From NCBI GenBank assembly GCA_002633005.1, contig NMRA01000601.1, positions 46,388 through 110,387 on the forward strand: DNA of 64,000 bases, read 5' to 3'. Source of the DNA: Phoronis australis (lineage: Eukaryota; Animalia; Phoronida). How positions within the stretch are numbered: position 1 is the stretch's first letter; each line of letters begins with the position of its first letter. The notes under the pieces are model-generated. The model worked only from the letters and a program-made list of their open reading frames with translations, ran no database searches and was not told the origin of the DNA. Both the position numbers and the translations under genes were made by a program. Below are positions 1 to 12,500 of the stretch, piece by piece.

Positions 1-87
1 CTTTAGTTGCAAGCTTTCCCTAGACAAGTATTTGTTTTTAAGTTACTGGTTTCTCACCACTTTATTGCCTCTTTTTAATTATCGAAG

Positions 88-3000
88 GTGGATGAACAAG
101 TTAGGTCTGGCTGCCATTAATTACCAAGGCGACCAGGCACTGGCTGCATTCCACAAACCAGAGCACGTTCATATCAGCGAAGGAAGTGAAGACGAAGAGA
201 CATACGTAAAATCTCAGAAGCCGAACAGTGATGGATCGTTACCACTGAGTCCAGAAGAATTGAAAAAACAACGTATGTGACTCGTAATCTTTATTCTGTG
301 TGGGCACAGCAACTGAAAAATTAATGAAATTTCAACGGTGAAAACTACCGCTCGGGAGATAAATTACATATTCTGCTCAAGGGCAGAGTCTGCACCAAAT
401 TTTAGAAATGGGATGTGTTGGCCGTCTCAAATTTAAGAAGTGCGATTAAATGCAAATGAACAGTAACCTCGATTTCATGCACTATTGGGACACATGAAAA
501 CGTAATGTCAGTGCCTGTTTCCTATGAATTCGTTAATTGTCAAGTATATTTTCAAACCTCATTAATACAAACTGATATGTCAGATATTTCAAAGAATGTC
601 CTTCGTTGGAAAACATTACCTCATTATTGATCACATAAAACCAAAACCAGTTGATCTAGTCACAGCAACATCCAGCCTGTTTTATACATCACCACAAAGC
701 TATCTTGGTAGTGCAGTAAAAATTCTTCAATAAGGAGCTGTGAAAAATAAATTATTTTGCACGATGTTGGAGCTTGTCTAAAATTCGAGAATTGCCGGAA
801 AGGCGTCATTTACCTTCGCTGTAAAATGAAAACACATTGTACAAAATTTGAGAAATGTGTTGAACGTCAAAGTTGCCCTTGTCCCAGATTCTAGAATGAT
901 GAAAATTCAATTTTTATGCCATTGTCCCTGTCCATCTGGGGTCCATCCGGCATTCTACGTCCACTGCTCTATCTTCAAAACCCTTTGATGTAATTTGGCG
1001 TATCGGTGTGCCCCCTAGTTGCAGTTTTAGTTCTTCACGTATCTTCAAAGATCCTCAACGGATTTTCATGAAATTTGGAACGCAGGCATACGATGATGCT
1101 AACCTCCCAGTTTCGGATGGAGTTGAGGTATTTTGCACCACCTAGTGGGCATTTTTGCTGTTTTCGTGTCTGCCTTTTGGCATCTGTGCCTCTATCAACC
1201 AAACCATTCTAAGGATGAATTTGAAAATTGACGTATATGTTCTCAGTGTGAAGAGAATGATTGACGATGACGACTTTGACTACTGCGGCATCTCCTAGTG
1301 GCAGTTTTGTTTCGGTTTGCGCTCATAGGTCTATCTCCTAAACCCACTGCAGGATCTTTATTATATTTTGTAAGTGTATTTATATAAAGTAAACAACAGA
1401 CGAGGATGACTTTCAGACGGATCTAACGAACGCTGTGCCCCCTAGTGGCAATTTCATTTTTTTCGTTTCCCTTTGTTTCTCTGAAGTTCCATGACAGATT
1501 TTTATGAAATTTGGTAAATTACTTTCTACTAAAGAAATAATGGCATGTTCCAGTTTTCGGATGGATTCAACATATTTTGTGCCATCATGTGGCCATTTTA
1601 ATTATACAAGTAAACAACCCTAGAAGCACACCGTTTGCAGTGCATTCGTGTGCGCATTTCAATGCTCAGCGTTGCTCTTGTTACTGGAGTTACCATATCC
1701 CAAGTTCTAGAGACTGTCCCCAAAGTGGGTAATTTTTACCGTAGTCATAGATCGTATTGTTGGAACCAAACGGCTGTACTCTATGTGTTCAGTGAATCTT
1801 TAACCGTTTACCTACATCATTGAAAACGTTTTGACTTGAACATTGAAAGAGACTTGTTACAGAGCATTGTTTTGTTCCTGAGAATTGAATGGGATTGTTG
1901 TTTTTAATATCTGTCAATAGACAAAAACCAGGTTTTATATCCTTATAAAGTTCTTGTGCATTTATAGGTAAGGATGCCACACTTAGGCCAAAGAAGAAGT
2001 TGCGTTTCAACCATGAAAACGTTGAGCAGCTGTTCAAGTCATTCCACGAGAACAAGATGTCTATAATTGGTGACAATATATCACAGCGTAGGAAGACTGT
2101 ACTCAGTGTTTACTCGTCCGAAAGCTCAAAGAAAAAGGAACTCTCGTTAAAATTGCAAAGTCTCCAGAGGACATTAAAGGCTAGTTACGTTCTTGTCTTG
2201 CTTGCTGCGGGTGATCACCATGAGAGCCCCGCACCCTTAAGAATATTTTATACCATCCACTGTTGGTATTGTTGTAGGGCTGGAGTTTTCATGGCTGCGG
2301 TAAAGTTTCTGCAAATTTGAACAAAAAGAATGGGCTAAATTGCTGTTGTTTCATTTTTCAGATGGTAACTGTATCAACAAAAGTGGTCAAAATTTCATTG
2401 TGTGTTTGTTGAGGACGGACGTAATATATAAAGTTTCCAAATAATCTAGTATTGTTTTCTTGTTAACTCTAGCCAAGATTGTGGTAAAATATATTTTCAC
2501 TGTTTTGCCATCTTGGGCTTTAATTTTAAGAAACTTTGATCGTAATTAATACCAAAACACTGTCTGCTAACTGTTTTGTGTGATTTTGTTTTCACAAGTT
2601 GGCTATGGTTTGTGTCTATCACAGTTTTGACCAATTGAACCTTATTACACAAGTACATAATGCCGTCTCTGGAGTATGATTTAAGTACAGTTGGAGTGAA
2701 AGCCTCTCAATAATTTAAGTTTCAGAGTAACGTTTGATGGTCGTGGGCTCGTTCCTTGAAAGTGTGCTATGTTTGTGCATTTTTCTTGTCATGTGGGTAG
2801 ACACGAAGCTGCAACATGGAAGTGGACAATAATGATAAATGTGATAATATGGAAGTGAGCAATAGTGAGAAACATGATAATGAATCTCCCAGACTGCATT
2901 TTGCCCTGCCACTTCTTTGTAATTAGTTTCAATCAACAACAGATAACTTCTTTAATTTAACCTTTTGAACAGCGTGAACTCATTAAACCATAAAAGATAA

Positions 3001-3432
3001 AAAGTGTCAGTTGGTCAAATGCATCTACTAAAACTACAAAATTGCTTTTTTGCTTGCATCTCCACATTGTTTATTGTATGTTCATATTGTCTGTTCATAT
3101 TGTCTGTGTTCATATTGTCTGTTCATATTGTCTATTCGTATTGTCTTTTGTATTTTCATATTGTCTGTGTTGTATTTTAGGCCAAAGAAGAGGAACTGAA
3201 AGATATCGAGGACGCTCTAAAAAAGTTAACTCCCGAGAAATTGCATCAGTTTAAAGAAAAACATAGTCAGACATTGCGCAGCATGCAGGCGGAGAAGGGT
3301 GCTAACTTACAGCCAGTAGACGAGCAGTCATCATCTGGGGAGGATGATACAGAGTCGGTTTCAGATTCACTGGACAGTCTTAACATTTCTGAACCAGGGA
3401 GATACGCAAATGCTGAAGACACTCATTTATAG
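88..3432 (+). CDS. CNK: 3' part of a connector enhancer of KSR (CNK/CNKSR, IPCEF1-like) gene; coding exons 88-272, 1968-2179, 3181-3432; gene starts upstream of the window
   Basis: The exons join in frame (phases 2/1/0) with AG acceptors at 86-87, 1966-1967 and 3179-3180. The translation 'WMNKLGLAAINY...ISEGSEDEE' resembles the PH-domain end plus acidic patch of IPCEF1/CNKSR2. 'EQLFKSFHENKMSIIG...KLQSLQRTLK|AKEEELKDIEDALKKLTPEKLHQFKEKH' resembles the CNKSR C-terminal coiled-coil region (recalled human 'LYRALEQASLSPLG...[20 protein letters not shown]'). Stop TAG at 3430-3432. Confidence 0.8.
911..1682. mobile_element. Helentron/HINE-like non-autonomous element with about five diverged 130-150-bp internal repeats, in a CNK intron
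   Basis: Starts TTTTTATGCC and ends CTTGTT. Recurrent 'GATTTT(C/T)ATGAAATTTGG' and 'GCCCCCTAGTGG'-like blocks; the latter begin near 1008, 1135, 1287, 1435 and 1579. The classification is inferred from this architecture. Confidence 0.5.
3062..3170 (+). repeat. 13-bp minisatellite (TCATATTGTCTGT)n just upstream of the last CNK acceptor
   Basis: Imperfect tandem copies are directly visible and end about 10 nt before the AG at 3179-3180. Confidence 0.75.
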
Positions 3433-5426
3433 TAGAGCAATATTCAACAACTTCAAGGGGCTTGTGAAGAGATTGGTGACTGGTCATTTTTTCAAAAAAT
3501 ATTTCTTTCGAACACGTGACTTTTTGTTGTTATGAATAGTGAAATTTAATATTCTGCATATCTTAAGTTAGACATAAAAAAATTCTCTGAATGTGTACTT
3601 GCCGTAGATGATTTAGGTAATCTCACAAAATTACTCATAATATTCTCTGGAGGCGACTGGGTGCAAGCAGAATTTATCATCAAAGAACGTGTTGGTCATA
3701 ACCGGGCAAGACGGGAAATTTGCCGGGTAGTTAACATTTTGCAAACGTCATTCTGTAGTTAGTATTTTGGAACGATCAATCATGAGGTTACTTGTGTGTA
3801 ATGTTGACAAAATAAACCGCCATAGCAATCAAAATTGATTCTTTGACCGGTTACTAGTGGCGCGTATCACAGGACATTTCCTTTAAGTGAACCAATTGTA
3901 GAGGAGCAGTTGTCAAGTGCACTTGATGCACAGATGGCTAAAAGAGAATGTGTTATTTTAACCCTAACTTTAGGTTGTGTTGGACATTAGTGACAAATAT
4001 GTATGGAACAACAAATTTTAACTCGGAAAAAGTATATCTTGCGAAATTAAAAATTCTGTATTATTTGACTCTTTACCAATATACCATGAACTGAGTCCTG
4101 TTGGCATGTCTTCTTAGCAAATTTTAGCAAAAAGAATGGTTTATTATAGTACAATGTCAACACCATGTTCAAGATGAGATCACAAAATTGCCGTTACAAT
4201 TTTCTAAAAATTTAATTTAGTTTTTGTTTTTAATCGTAAGGAGTTTTTCATGAAAATAATAAGTCCTATTTTTGTTGACCCCTCATGCAGTAGTGGAAAA
4301 TTTTAAAAGCCACATTTGGTAGAGCAATGCATTAAACTAAATTTCGTGTGAATGTACTCTGCCATTTCTGAGATGTGATGTTCCGAAGTTACCTAAATTT
4401 GGACGTTTTTTAAGCCTTCTACATAATCGTGAGGAAAATACAGTCACTGGCAAAATTACTGTTTTGCACTCTGGATATCTAAGCGTCAAGAATGGACTCG
4501 TTTACTGACATCATGACCGGTAATTTCGGCTGCTCTTGCCATGATTTCTGCTTACACTCAGCTGTCAGGAGGAAGTTTGTCTTGATTATTTCGTGCATAT
4601 ATTACACAGTCGAGCCATGTTACAAGGAAACCTATAGAGAATTGTCATTTCAACTCGGGTTACAACAAAAACTCCCTATAGGTTTTACTGTAACCCGACT
4701 TCAATGAAACCAAATCAACATGAATATGGTACAGCGAGCTTTAGACTCATGAAGTGAAACACTATAAGGGTCGTTCCGGTACAATCTGGGAGGGGAGGCA
4801 CTTGAAATGCAAAATTGTGGGTGCATTTGGCCTTTTGTCTATTCAAAATCACCAACATTCTTTGGGGGTATTAATCTTAAAAAATCATTCAGATAAGTGC
4901 CCCCTATTGTTCAGTTAGGCACGTATCAGACCTCCTCAGTGTGTTTTCCTTGTCACTGATATTCATCTCTGTTGCCTTATCCCCAGACAGTTGAAGAAAC
5001 AGCAGGTGCTGTTGAATGCAGCTTTTGAAATCTTAAGCAGTGAACCTTCATCTTGGCATTGGAGAAATGATGATGTTGGACTGTGTTCAGAACGAATAAA
5101 AAATTACCGGGTGTTCTTGTAAAAATGAAAAATCACTTGCCGTTGGTGTTTTTTATCCATGAATTTGCCGTGGTGTTTGTTATCACCTGTTCCATGCAAC
5201 ACGGTATTATGTGCACGTAATTGTATTTTCATGCATTTTCACACTGAATTGATGGTGTACTTTAGTCCATGTCACAACTGGTAACTCTGAGTGGTCCATA
5301 ATGTTTGGGATCTGAAACACACACCATAATCGTGTTTACTGACCAGCTTCTTATGTCTGAGGACTTAAAGGGTCTCTTTTGGTGATAGCAATATTTAGAC
5401 ATAACGGTCACACCACAGTATAGGTT

Positions 5427-5680
5427 CATGTGTGCACCCGGGGGGGGGGGGGCCNGGGGGCTCAGGGGGCTTGAATGTGCCCCCCCATTTGGTGAAGTGG
5501 GCAAAAAGGTCCGCCTCTGAGAAACAGTCTGAGAAAATGAGACACAAGTCCAGTAAATAAGCACAAATGCGCAATTTACAGTGGTGTCCCCATTTTTTAG
5601 TCCACCCTCTTTTTTGTTACCAAAAGGTCCACAACATCTGGAATTCGAGCCCCCCATGTTGAAGGCTGGGTGCGCGCATG
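5427..5680. mobile_element. MITE with GC-rich TIRs and a near-perfect 5-bp TSD
   Basis: CATGTGTGCACCC ... GGGTGCGCGCATG, flanked by AGGTT/TGGTT. Confidence 0.6.
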
Positions 5681-8600
5681 TGGTTAACTTGGCTTGTGCT
5701 CATAATGGTCCTACAAGAGTTGTTATCTTAATCATCTAAATACCCCTGAAGTATGCAGCAGTTTATGAATGGAGGAGTGTGTGGTTTTGTTCAGACAAGA
5801 ATAGTCGATTATCAGAATTTCTGTATTTTTCTGTGTCATTATTCCATACAGCGTATCCCTGTATGTACATGTGCTAGGGTTTCATAGTAAAACTGTATTG
5901 CATAATCTGACTAACTATAAAGAACAGTGTTGTGACTTTTTGTGCGTCTGAAAGTTTAGATGTTGGTTGGCAGAACCAGTAGAACTAATGATAGGTTAGA
6001 CAAATAAAGCAGAGAGGGGTGGTGGGTGAAAAAAGGTGCGTTGTGCCCCGTATGTTTTTCACTAGAAAATGAACAGCCGTAATTAAGTCAACGTTGTGAA
6101 CAGGCGTTGTAATTAAGTGTTAGTGTAACTTGTTCCCTTTGCCTTCCGATATTGTACGATTTCGCCTTACACATATGCGATTTATGCCAGTTTTAATGTA
6201 AATTCTAATAGATTTTTACTGCAAGATGCTTTGCGGTTTGATGCAAAGTTGTGCTATTTATTTATAATGATGGAACGTTTTTTTTGTTCATGCATATTTA
6301 GGAGTTTTCTACTGATTTTGCTTCAACTTTTGTTTTTCACATATTGAAAATTTTGCTGTCGTAAATTGATAATTTTGGGCAGCATTGTGTATACCCATAC
6401 ATGTGAAAGTAATAAAAAAGCATGTACCAATTCAATAATGAATGTAAATTTCTGTGCAGATTTAACACGATTTTATCAGAATTTTTTTGGAATGAATTTG
6501 AGGCAGAGTGCCCACAAAACCATGTTACGGTAAAATATCACAAAATGACAAACAAGTGAAATATTTAGCACCTTTTAAAATATTGTTCTACCATCACAAA
6601 CATTTATGTCTGCCCTGAGTGCCACCTGTTGGCTACATGACGTGACTTCTGACTACCACCGTTTCCTGGATAGAAACAATTTGACCAAATTTATGAAATT
6701 TCACCCAAGAAATCAAATATATAAACATCAACGGGGGCCAGCAGTAGTCAAATCATAAAAAATAGATGCCCACCATTGTCATAGTCATAGAAATATATTT
6801 GCAAAAAATAATGAAGCACCTTGATGGGGTTCACAAGTTACAACTGCCGAAAACTGGTTATCAAGAATGAGATGGTATGTTCATTCCATCCAAGCTAGCT
6901 GGAAACAAACAAAAAAACCTAATTTTTATTTTTGTTTCCTTGTCGTACAAATTGGCCCACAAAGCACCTCATAAAGGCTAAGACCACTGTGGGCAAAATT
7001 TAACGCACTCTAGGACTGATTTCACAAACATCACTTTTGTCGTCGATAATGTAACCAACATGCAGCACAGGCAGTTTCAGAAAGTTGCCAGTTTTTAGAA
7101 TCATTTTCTTTATTGATTTCAAAGCTTTAGGGTGAGTGAATCGGTCATTGTTGCACAGAACTAGAAAAAGTTGTTGAATGGCGTGTAGTTTTTCCAGCAT
7201 AGGGCAGTTTTACTGAAATGGCGAACGTTGCTATGAAGTAACTACAAGTTAACTTAGTAGGCAACTTTGCAACATTTTTACACAGTGATCGTTATTTTAG
7301 TTGTGAAATAGTTTGTTGCCAGTAAACGTTTTACATTTTTAGTGTTTAACAACGCTTAGCAACCTTTTTATATAACCTTAGGGGCATCTTTTGTTTAGAT
7401 GTTACTAAATAGAACTTCGTACCGTTTGGAACCTTTGGAAGCGTTAAATTGTTATACTTTCGTTTTGGATGTAGAAAATAAATTGATTCAGAAGAAAAAA
7501 TGATCTTTGTGGTTCTTGAACATACCTCACATACCTAGAATTCCTGTAAGTTTTATACCTTGCATTGGGAGTGCTACTGTTCATTTTTTTACCTTTTTGA
7601 AAAAAGGTTTCTGGCACACTATTTTAATCACACGTCAGATTAAAATTCAGGGCTTGGAATGACCAATGACAAAGAAGGAAAATCTTCCTGTTGACCTATT
7701 GTTCCACAAATAAGAAGGCTTGTGTGATTGAAATATTTTTTGTATCGTAAAATTTAACTGAAATAAACGTTTTTGTAAGAAAAAAGTCAAAATAATGATA
7801 AAAAAGAAACAAAAAAGAAAAAAAAAATGGAAATCAAATAAGAGTAAATCTTAACCAGAAAAAGAGGAAATTCTCTTACAAGTGGGAAATACAAAGCACT
7901 GTAAAATATTTCAAGCTTCTACAAATTGGTATTTCTTTCAGCATCAAATGACCCGCCACCACAAGTAATCTTGTGGCGCCTTGTCTGGGGGCAATAACAA
8001 ACTGTTGGTTCATTCTTAACTCAGATGTCACCTCTAATTTGACTATAATGAAACATTTGAGACCAACTGCATGATAATTGGTCTAAATCACAACGTAAGT
8101 CTTCGGGACAGAAAGCAGGGTTACACCTGTCAAAAAAATATTTGTAACTTAACAAAATTTTAAATAACAAATACCATCCAATTATACACATTTATTGCAC
8201 ATACAGCAGAAAAGTTTTCAGCGACAAAAAACAACTTCCAAAAGCGTCTTGTAGAAGTGCGTGAGTTCAGTCATGCCTTGCATCAAGCTCACAGAGATCC
8301 CTGGTCCAGTATCCTTTCCAAGTGGCACTTACAGATTGACAAGTAATTGCTGAAGATTCTTACAGAATCAGGACTTCTAAAATTCATATGGCTATTGCAT
8401 TTGCTTTCAGAGTTCAGCAGCTACATATATGTTTGGTTGACAACTCTTTACTTTTTCAAGATTCTGCGACACCTGGTGGTGAGAGCTAAAGTAAACAGAG
8501 ACAAAGGCTCAGCATTTTTGTGCAATGCAGGTCCCAAGCAGTAGGCTTCAAGCTTAAAAATGTTTAAACTTTTAAGCTTAATAAACATTAGGGAAAATTG

Positions 8601-9506
8601 TCTTTGAAACACAGATGTTCAATTCCCGCAGTATTTCCACAAAATATTCTGTCCGTTAACCAGGAGGGCCTATCTGGATAAACAAAGTCCTTCAATGCTT
8701 AAACGAGATAATATTGTCGGTCTGAAGCACCACAGCACACCATGACGCCGGCCTGTGGAGCGCGAACCACTGTTCGAATAAATATCTCAAATAAGAGCTC
8801 CATTGTAATGTTCCATGTACATCAAGAAAAAGTCAGGATGGAGAAATGATTCAGCGATGGGACTTGGTAACACTCTGTCCAATCAACTGCGAGTCACAGT
8901 AGATTCAACTACATTATATCTTATCTGTTGACAAGTGTTCACAGAGCCTGTGCACTGAATTACTGAGAGGTTTAGCCCATAGTCTATCCACTTGTAGCGT
9001 TTAGACCAGCCACAGAACTTTGGCACGGTCAGCGCATTACTCATTGGCACGACATTTGTGGTGAAAAATGTCCGCCAATACAACAATAGAGTATCCTGGC
9101 TGATTACTTTCTACCACATTGAAGACTCTGAAGAAGCTGTCAACTCACTTTCAGGGATGGCCATTTTGCTTGAGAGTGCCAATAATGTTAGAAGCTTACC
9201 TACACTTTGCTAGTAAAAGGAAGACGCAGCACAGTTCCCCAAAATTTTGTCATACGGGCAACAATGAAGCAGAAGACAGATGCCTGAAGGACGACAGGGG
9301 CGCTGAAGGATGACAGGGGGCGGGCAGCCACCCAGCAAACCAAACATGCGACACTAGTTCTCATGCTGTTCTCTACAAGTACGGGCATTGCCGTTCTACA
9401 AAATATTCGTGAACTGTACTCTTAAACTTTCGCTGAACGTATCCCAGTCGTTTTTCAACGAGAGCTCTTAACATAACATAGATATGTCTCCAAAAGCAGA
9501 CATATT

Positions 9507-12500
9507 TCAAGGAATGTGCGCTCCATCCAGCCTCTGTATGAACTCCAGCAGGTACATCTGTATCTTGATCTCGTTAGGTTTATTAGTGACAGTAAAGCCT
9601 GGCACGCCTGCCTTTTCTAGCATACTTTGTTGTTCAGACACCTTCTGGTCCAGCTCCAAGATAATCTTCATATCCTTACGCTTCACCTCCTCTTCATACC
9701 TTTGTTCCATTTCCTGAAAGGTTTTTCAATTGTTAAAGTTGGAATTTTGAAACTTGCCAGAAAAGAGTAAAATATTCTGATTTTCTTTTGGTGGGAGACA
9801 TTCAAAATGTGGAGGGTGGGATGTAGGGAGAGGGAGAGAGGGAGGGAGCGAGGGAAGGGGGACGGAGAGAAAGGGGGAGAGGGAGGGAGGGANNNNNNNN
9901 NNNNNNNNNNNNNNNNNNNNNNNNNNNNNNNNNNNNNNNNNNNNNNNNNNNNNNNNNNNNNNNNNNNNNNNNNNNNNNNNNNNNNNNNNNNNNNNNNNNN
10001 NNNNNNNNNNNNNNNNNNNNNNNNNNNNNNNNNNNNNNNNNNNNNNNNNNNNNNNNNNNNNNNNNNNNNNNNNNNNNNNNNNNNNNNNNNNNNNNNNNNN
10101 NNNNNNNNNNNNNNNNNNNNNNNNNNNNNNNNNNNAGGGGGGACAGAAAGGGAGGGAGGGTTGGAGGGAGGCAGAACAATTGAAATATTTTGGATTATTT
10201 GTCAGCTATTGCATAGCCAGACTTTCCTTGAAGTCGTCAAGCAGCCAACAAGCGAAGAGTCTCTCTTATAAAGGAAATTGAAAAAACCACGACTGAATGA
10301 GAGTATTATGGAGGATACCGGAGAACAAAATTCCAAAAAAATTCCACCACTATTTTTCCAAAAGAACTCCATGGGGCCTCTCTTTGGACACTTTAAACTT
10401 AAAATCTGGTAAAAATGAATTTCAAATCAATCAAAAACGTAAACTTTTGTTGATTGCAAAAAATATTCATACTGAGAATTAAGAAATTTACTGAAAACCG
10501 CAACCTAAAATTGAGCTGAAAAAATCATCTCCTGTCAGTAATTCTAAATTCTCTTTTTTCTTGCTGTTAGTGTGATAATAGTAATATTCGACTTGTAATT
10601 TGACATCATTCTATTTTGATGAGTCCAGCGGTGATGAAATGGAAGAGAAACAAAGCAAATGATCACAAGACATCGACACACCAAAAATGATTATGCTTAT
10701 TATACGGGATAAATATTTGGTAGAGTTGGGACACTCCCAGATGAAATAAATTTGCGATGGTATATCCTAGTAATATTTGCATGAGTGACAACCTATAGAA
10801 TTCATGAATTATGGGATAGAATTCATGAATTATGGGATAGAATTCATGAATTATGGGATAGAATTCACGAATTATGGGATAGAATTCATGAATTATGGGA
10901 TAGAATTCATGAATTATGGGAGAGAATTCACGAATTATGGGATAGAATTCACGAATTAAGGGATAGAATTCATGAATTATGGGATAGAATTCATGAATTA
11001 TGGGATACAATTCATGAATTATGGGATATTAGATTTCGTTCTTTAAGTGAAGATTTCTCAGTGCACGTGAATGGCAATGTTTTGGGTCTATGCACATCCA
11101 GATCTCTTAGGCAATATACCTCTTTAACGAAGTCCCCAATAATCCAAAATCCAACGTGGAGGATTTCCAGGTATTACCCACCCCTTCTACTTATTTCATG
11201 TGTAAACATAAACTACCAAGGGATTGGTGGATTATCTAAGCTCTTAGATAATGTATAACATTACACCAGCATAAGAAAATCCCCAGAATGCATCAGCCAT
11301 TATGGTGAATTTCCATGCTCCTTTACCTGCCATTCCCGCTCATTCTGTGTCTGTACATAGGCCAACTGATGAGGTCGGGAGTACGAGGTCTCTTGGACCA
11401 AGTCTTTATGTTTCTTCATTAAATTTTGCCTTGCGCCTGCAATCAATACAATGACGTAGGACCCTGATTCTCAGATTACTGACGGTACTGGGATTTTCCA
11501 TAGATAAGCCCATCTGATGAAATGCCCATGGGCGTTTATTTTGAAAATTAAGCCGAATAAATGCCATGGGAGTTTATTTGTTGTTACAACTTCTGGGCCT
11601 GGTCTCCAATCTTTTTACTCGAAATGGAAATCGAAATTAGGTTTGGTATTTTCTACTTTTGGGCGAACTCAAGATAAGTGTCTATTATTCTATGCTCGAG
11701 TACACAATAACTTACGTAGATAATTTATTGCCCTTAGTTCACAGTTTGTAAACCCAATATTAAAGCAATAAGTTCGAGTTTGAACTCGAAATTTTGAGTT
11801 TTTACTCGAGTTTGTAGCACGAATATAAGGGTCTTCAAGGGCAAACTTGAACTAGAAACTCCTATGCGTAAACTATAATGTATTCAAGCACAGTCTGATA
11901 ACCAATTATCTTAAGTTCACACAAAAGGAGCAGAGAAAATGCCAAAAATAGTTTCGAGTTCGTTTCGAGTACAAAGATTAGAGACCGGGCCCAGGTGTCA
12001 AGTGTCCAGATAGTGGAGCGTTTATTTGGAAAATTTCCTCTTAAAAGCCCTCAAGGAGTCCTGAAGTGTCGTGCACATTAATTTTCTTGTCCCACTGGGC
12101 AGATACTGATAGGTTGTTACACAATTAACGTTGTTAACAGGTATCAACGTATTCACAACAGTACTTTTAAGGACTACCAATCCACTCAGAAGGGCTGTTT
12201 CACCTACAAAAATATATATCGCGCTTCATACTGGTATTTGCGTAGCCAAAATTAAGACTTTCCGTTTACACGCCCTAATTTTTCGAATAAGTGCCTGGGT
12301 GTTTATTTGGTGTTACTAAAATACCTGAAAATTTTTATTTTCCAAATACACGCTCATGGGCTTACCTACGGAAAATCCCGTTAGAGGCTCAACAGAATAT
12401 TCTGCAGCAAAATTCAACATCACCACTAGCAAAATAAAAATGGTAAGAACAATAATAATAACAATAACGCTGATCAAAAGTAGTTCTCAACATCTCAGCC

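Noticed and set aside
32-280. Stand-alone 82-aa ORF ending at TGA 280
   Set aside because: It is an internal CNK exon; the donor at 273 precedes the stop and the frame continues at 1968.
10663-11258. ORFs with RIHELWD / IIHEFYP repeats; CRISPR-like appearance
   Set aside because: These are translations of a 21-bp intronic minisatellite. There are no unique spacers or cas genes, and the context is eukaryotic.
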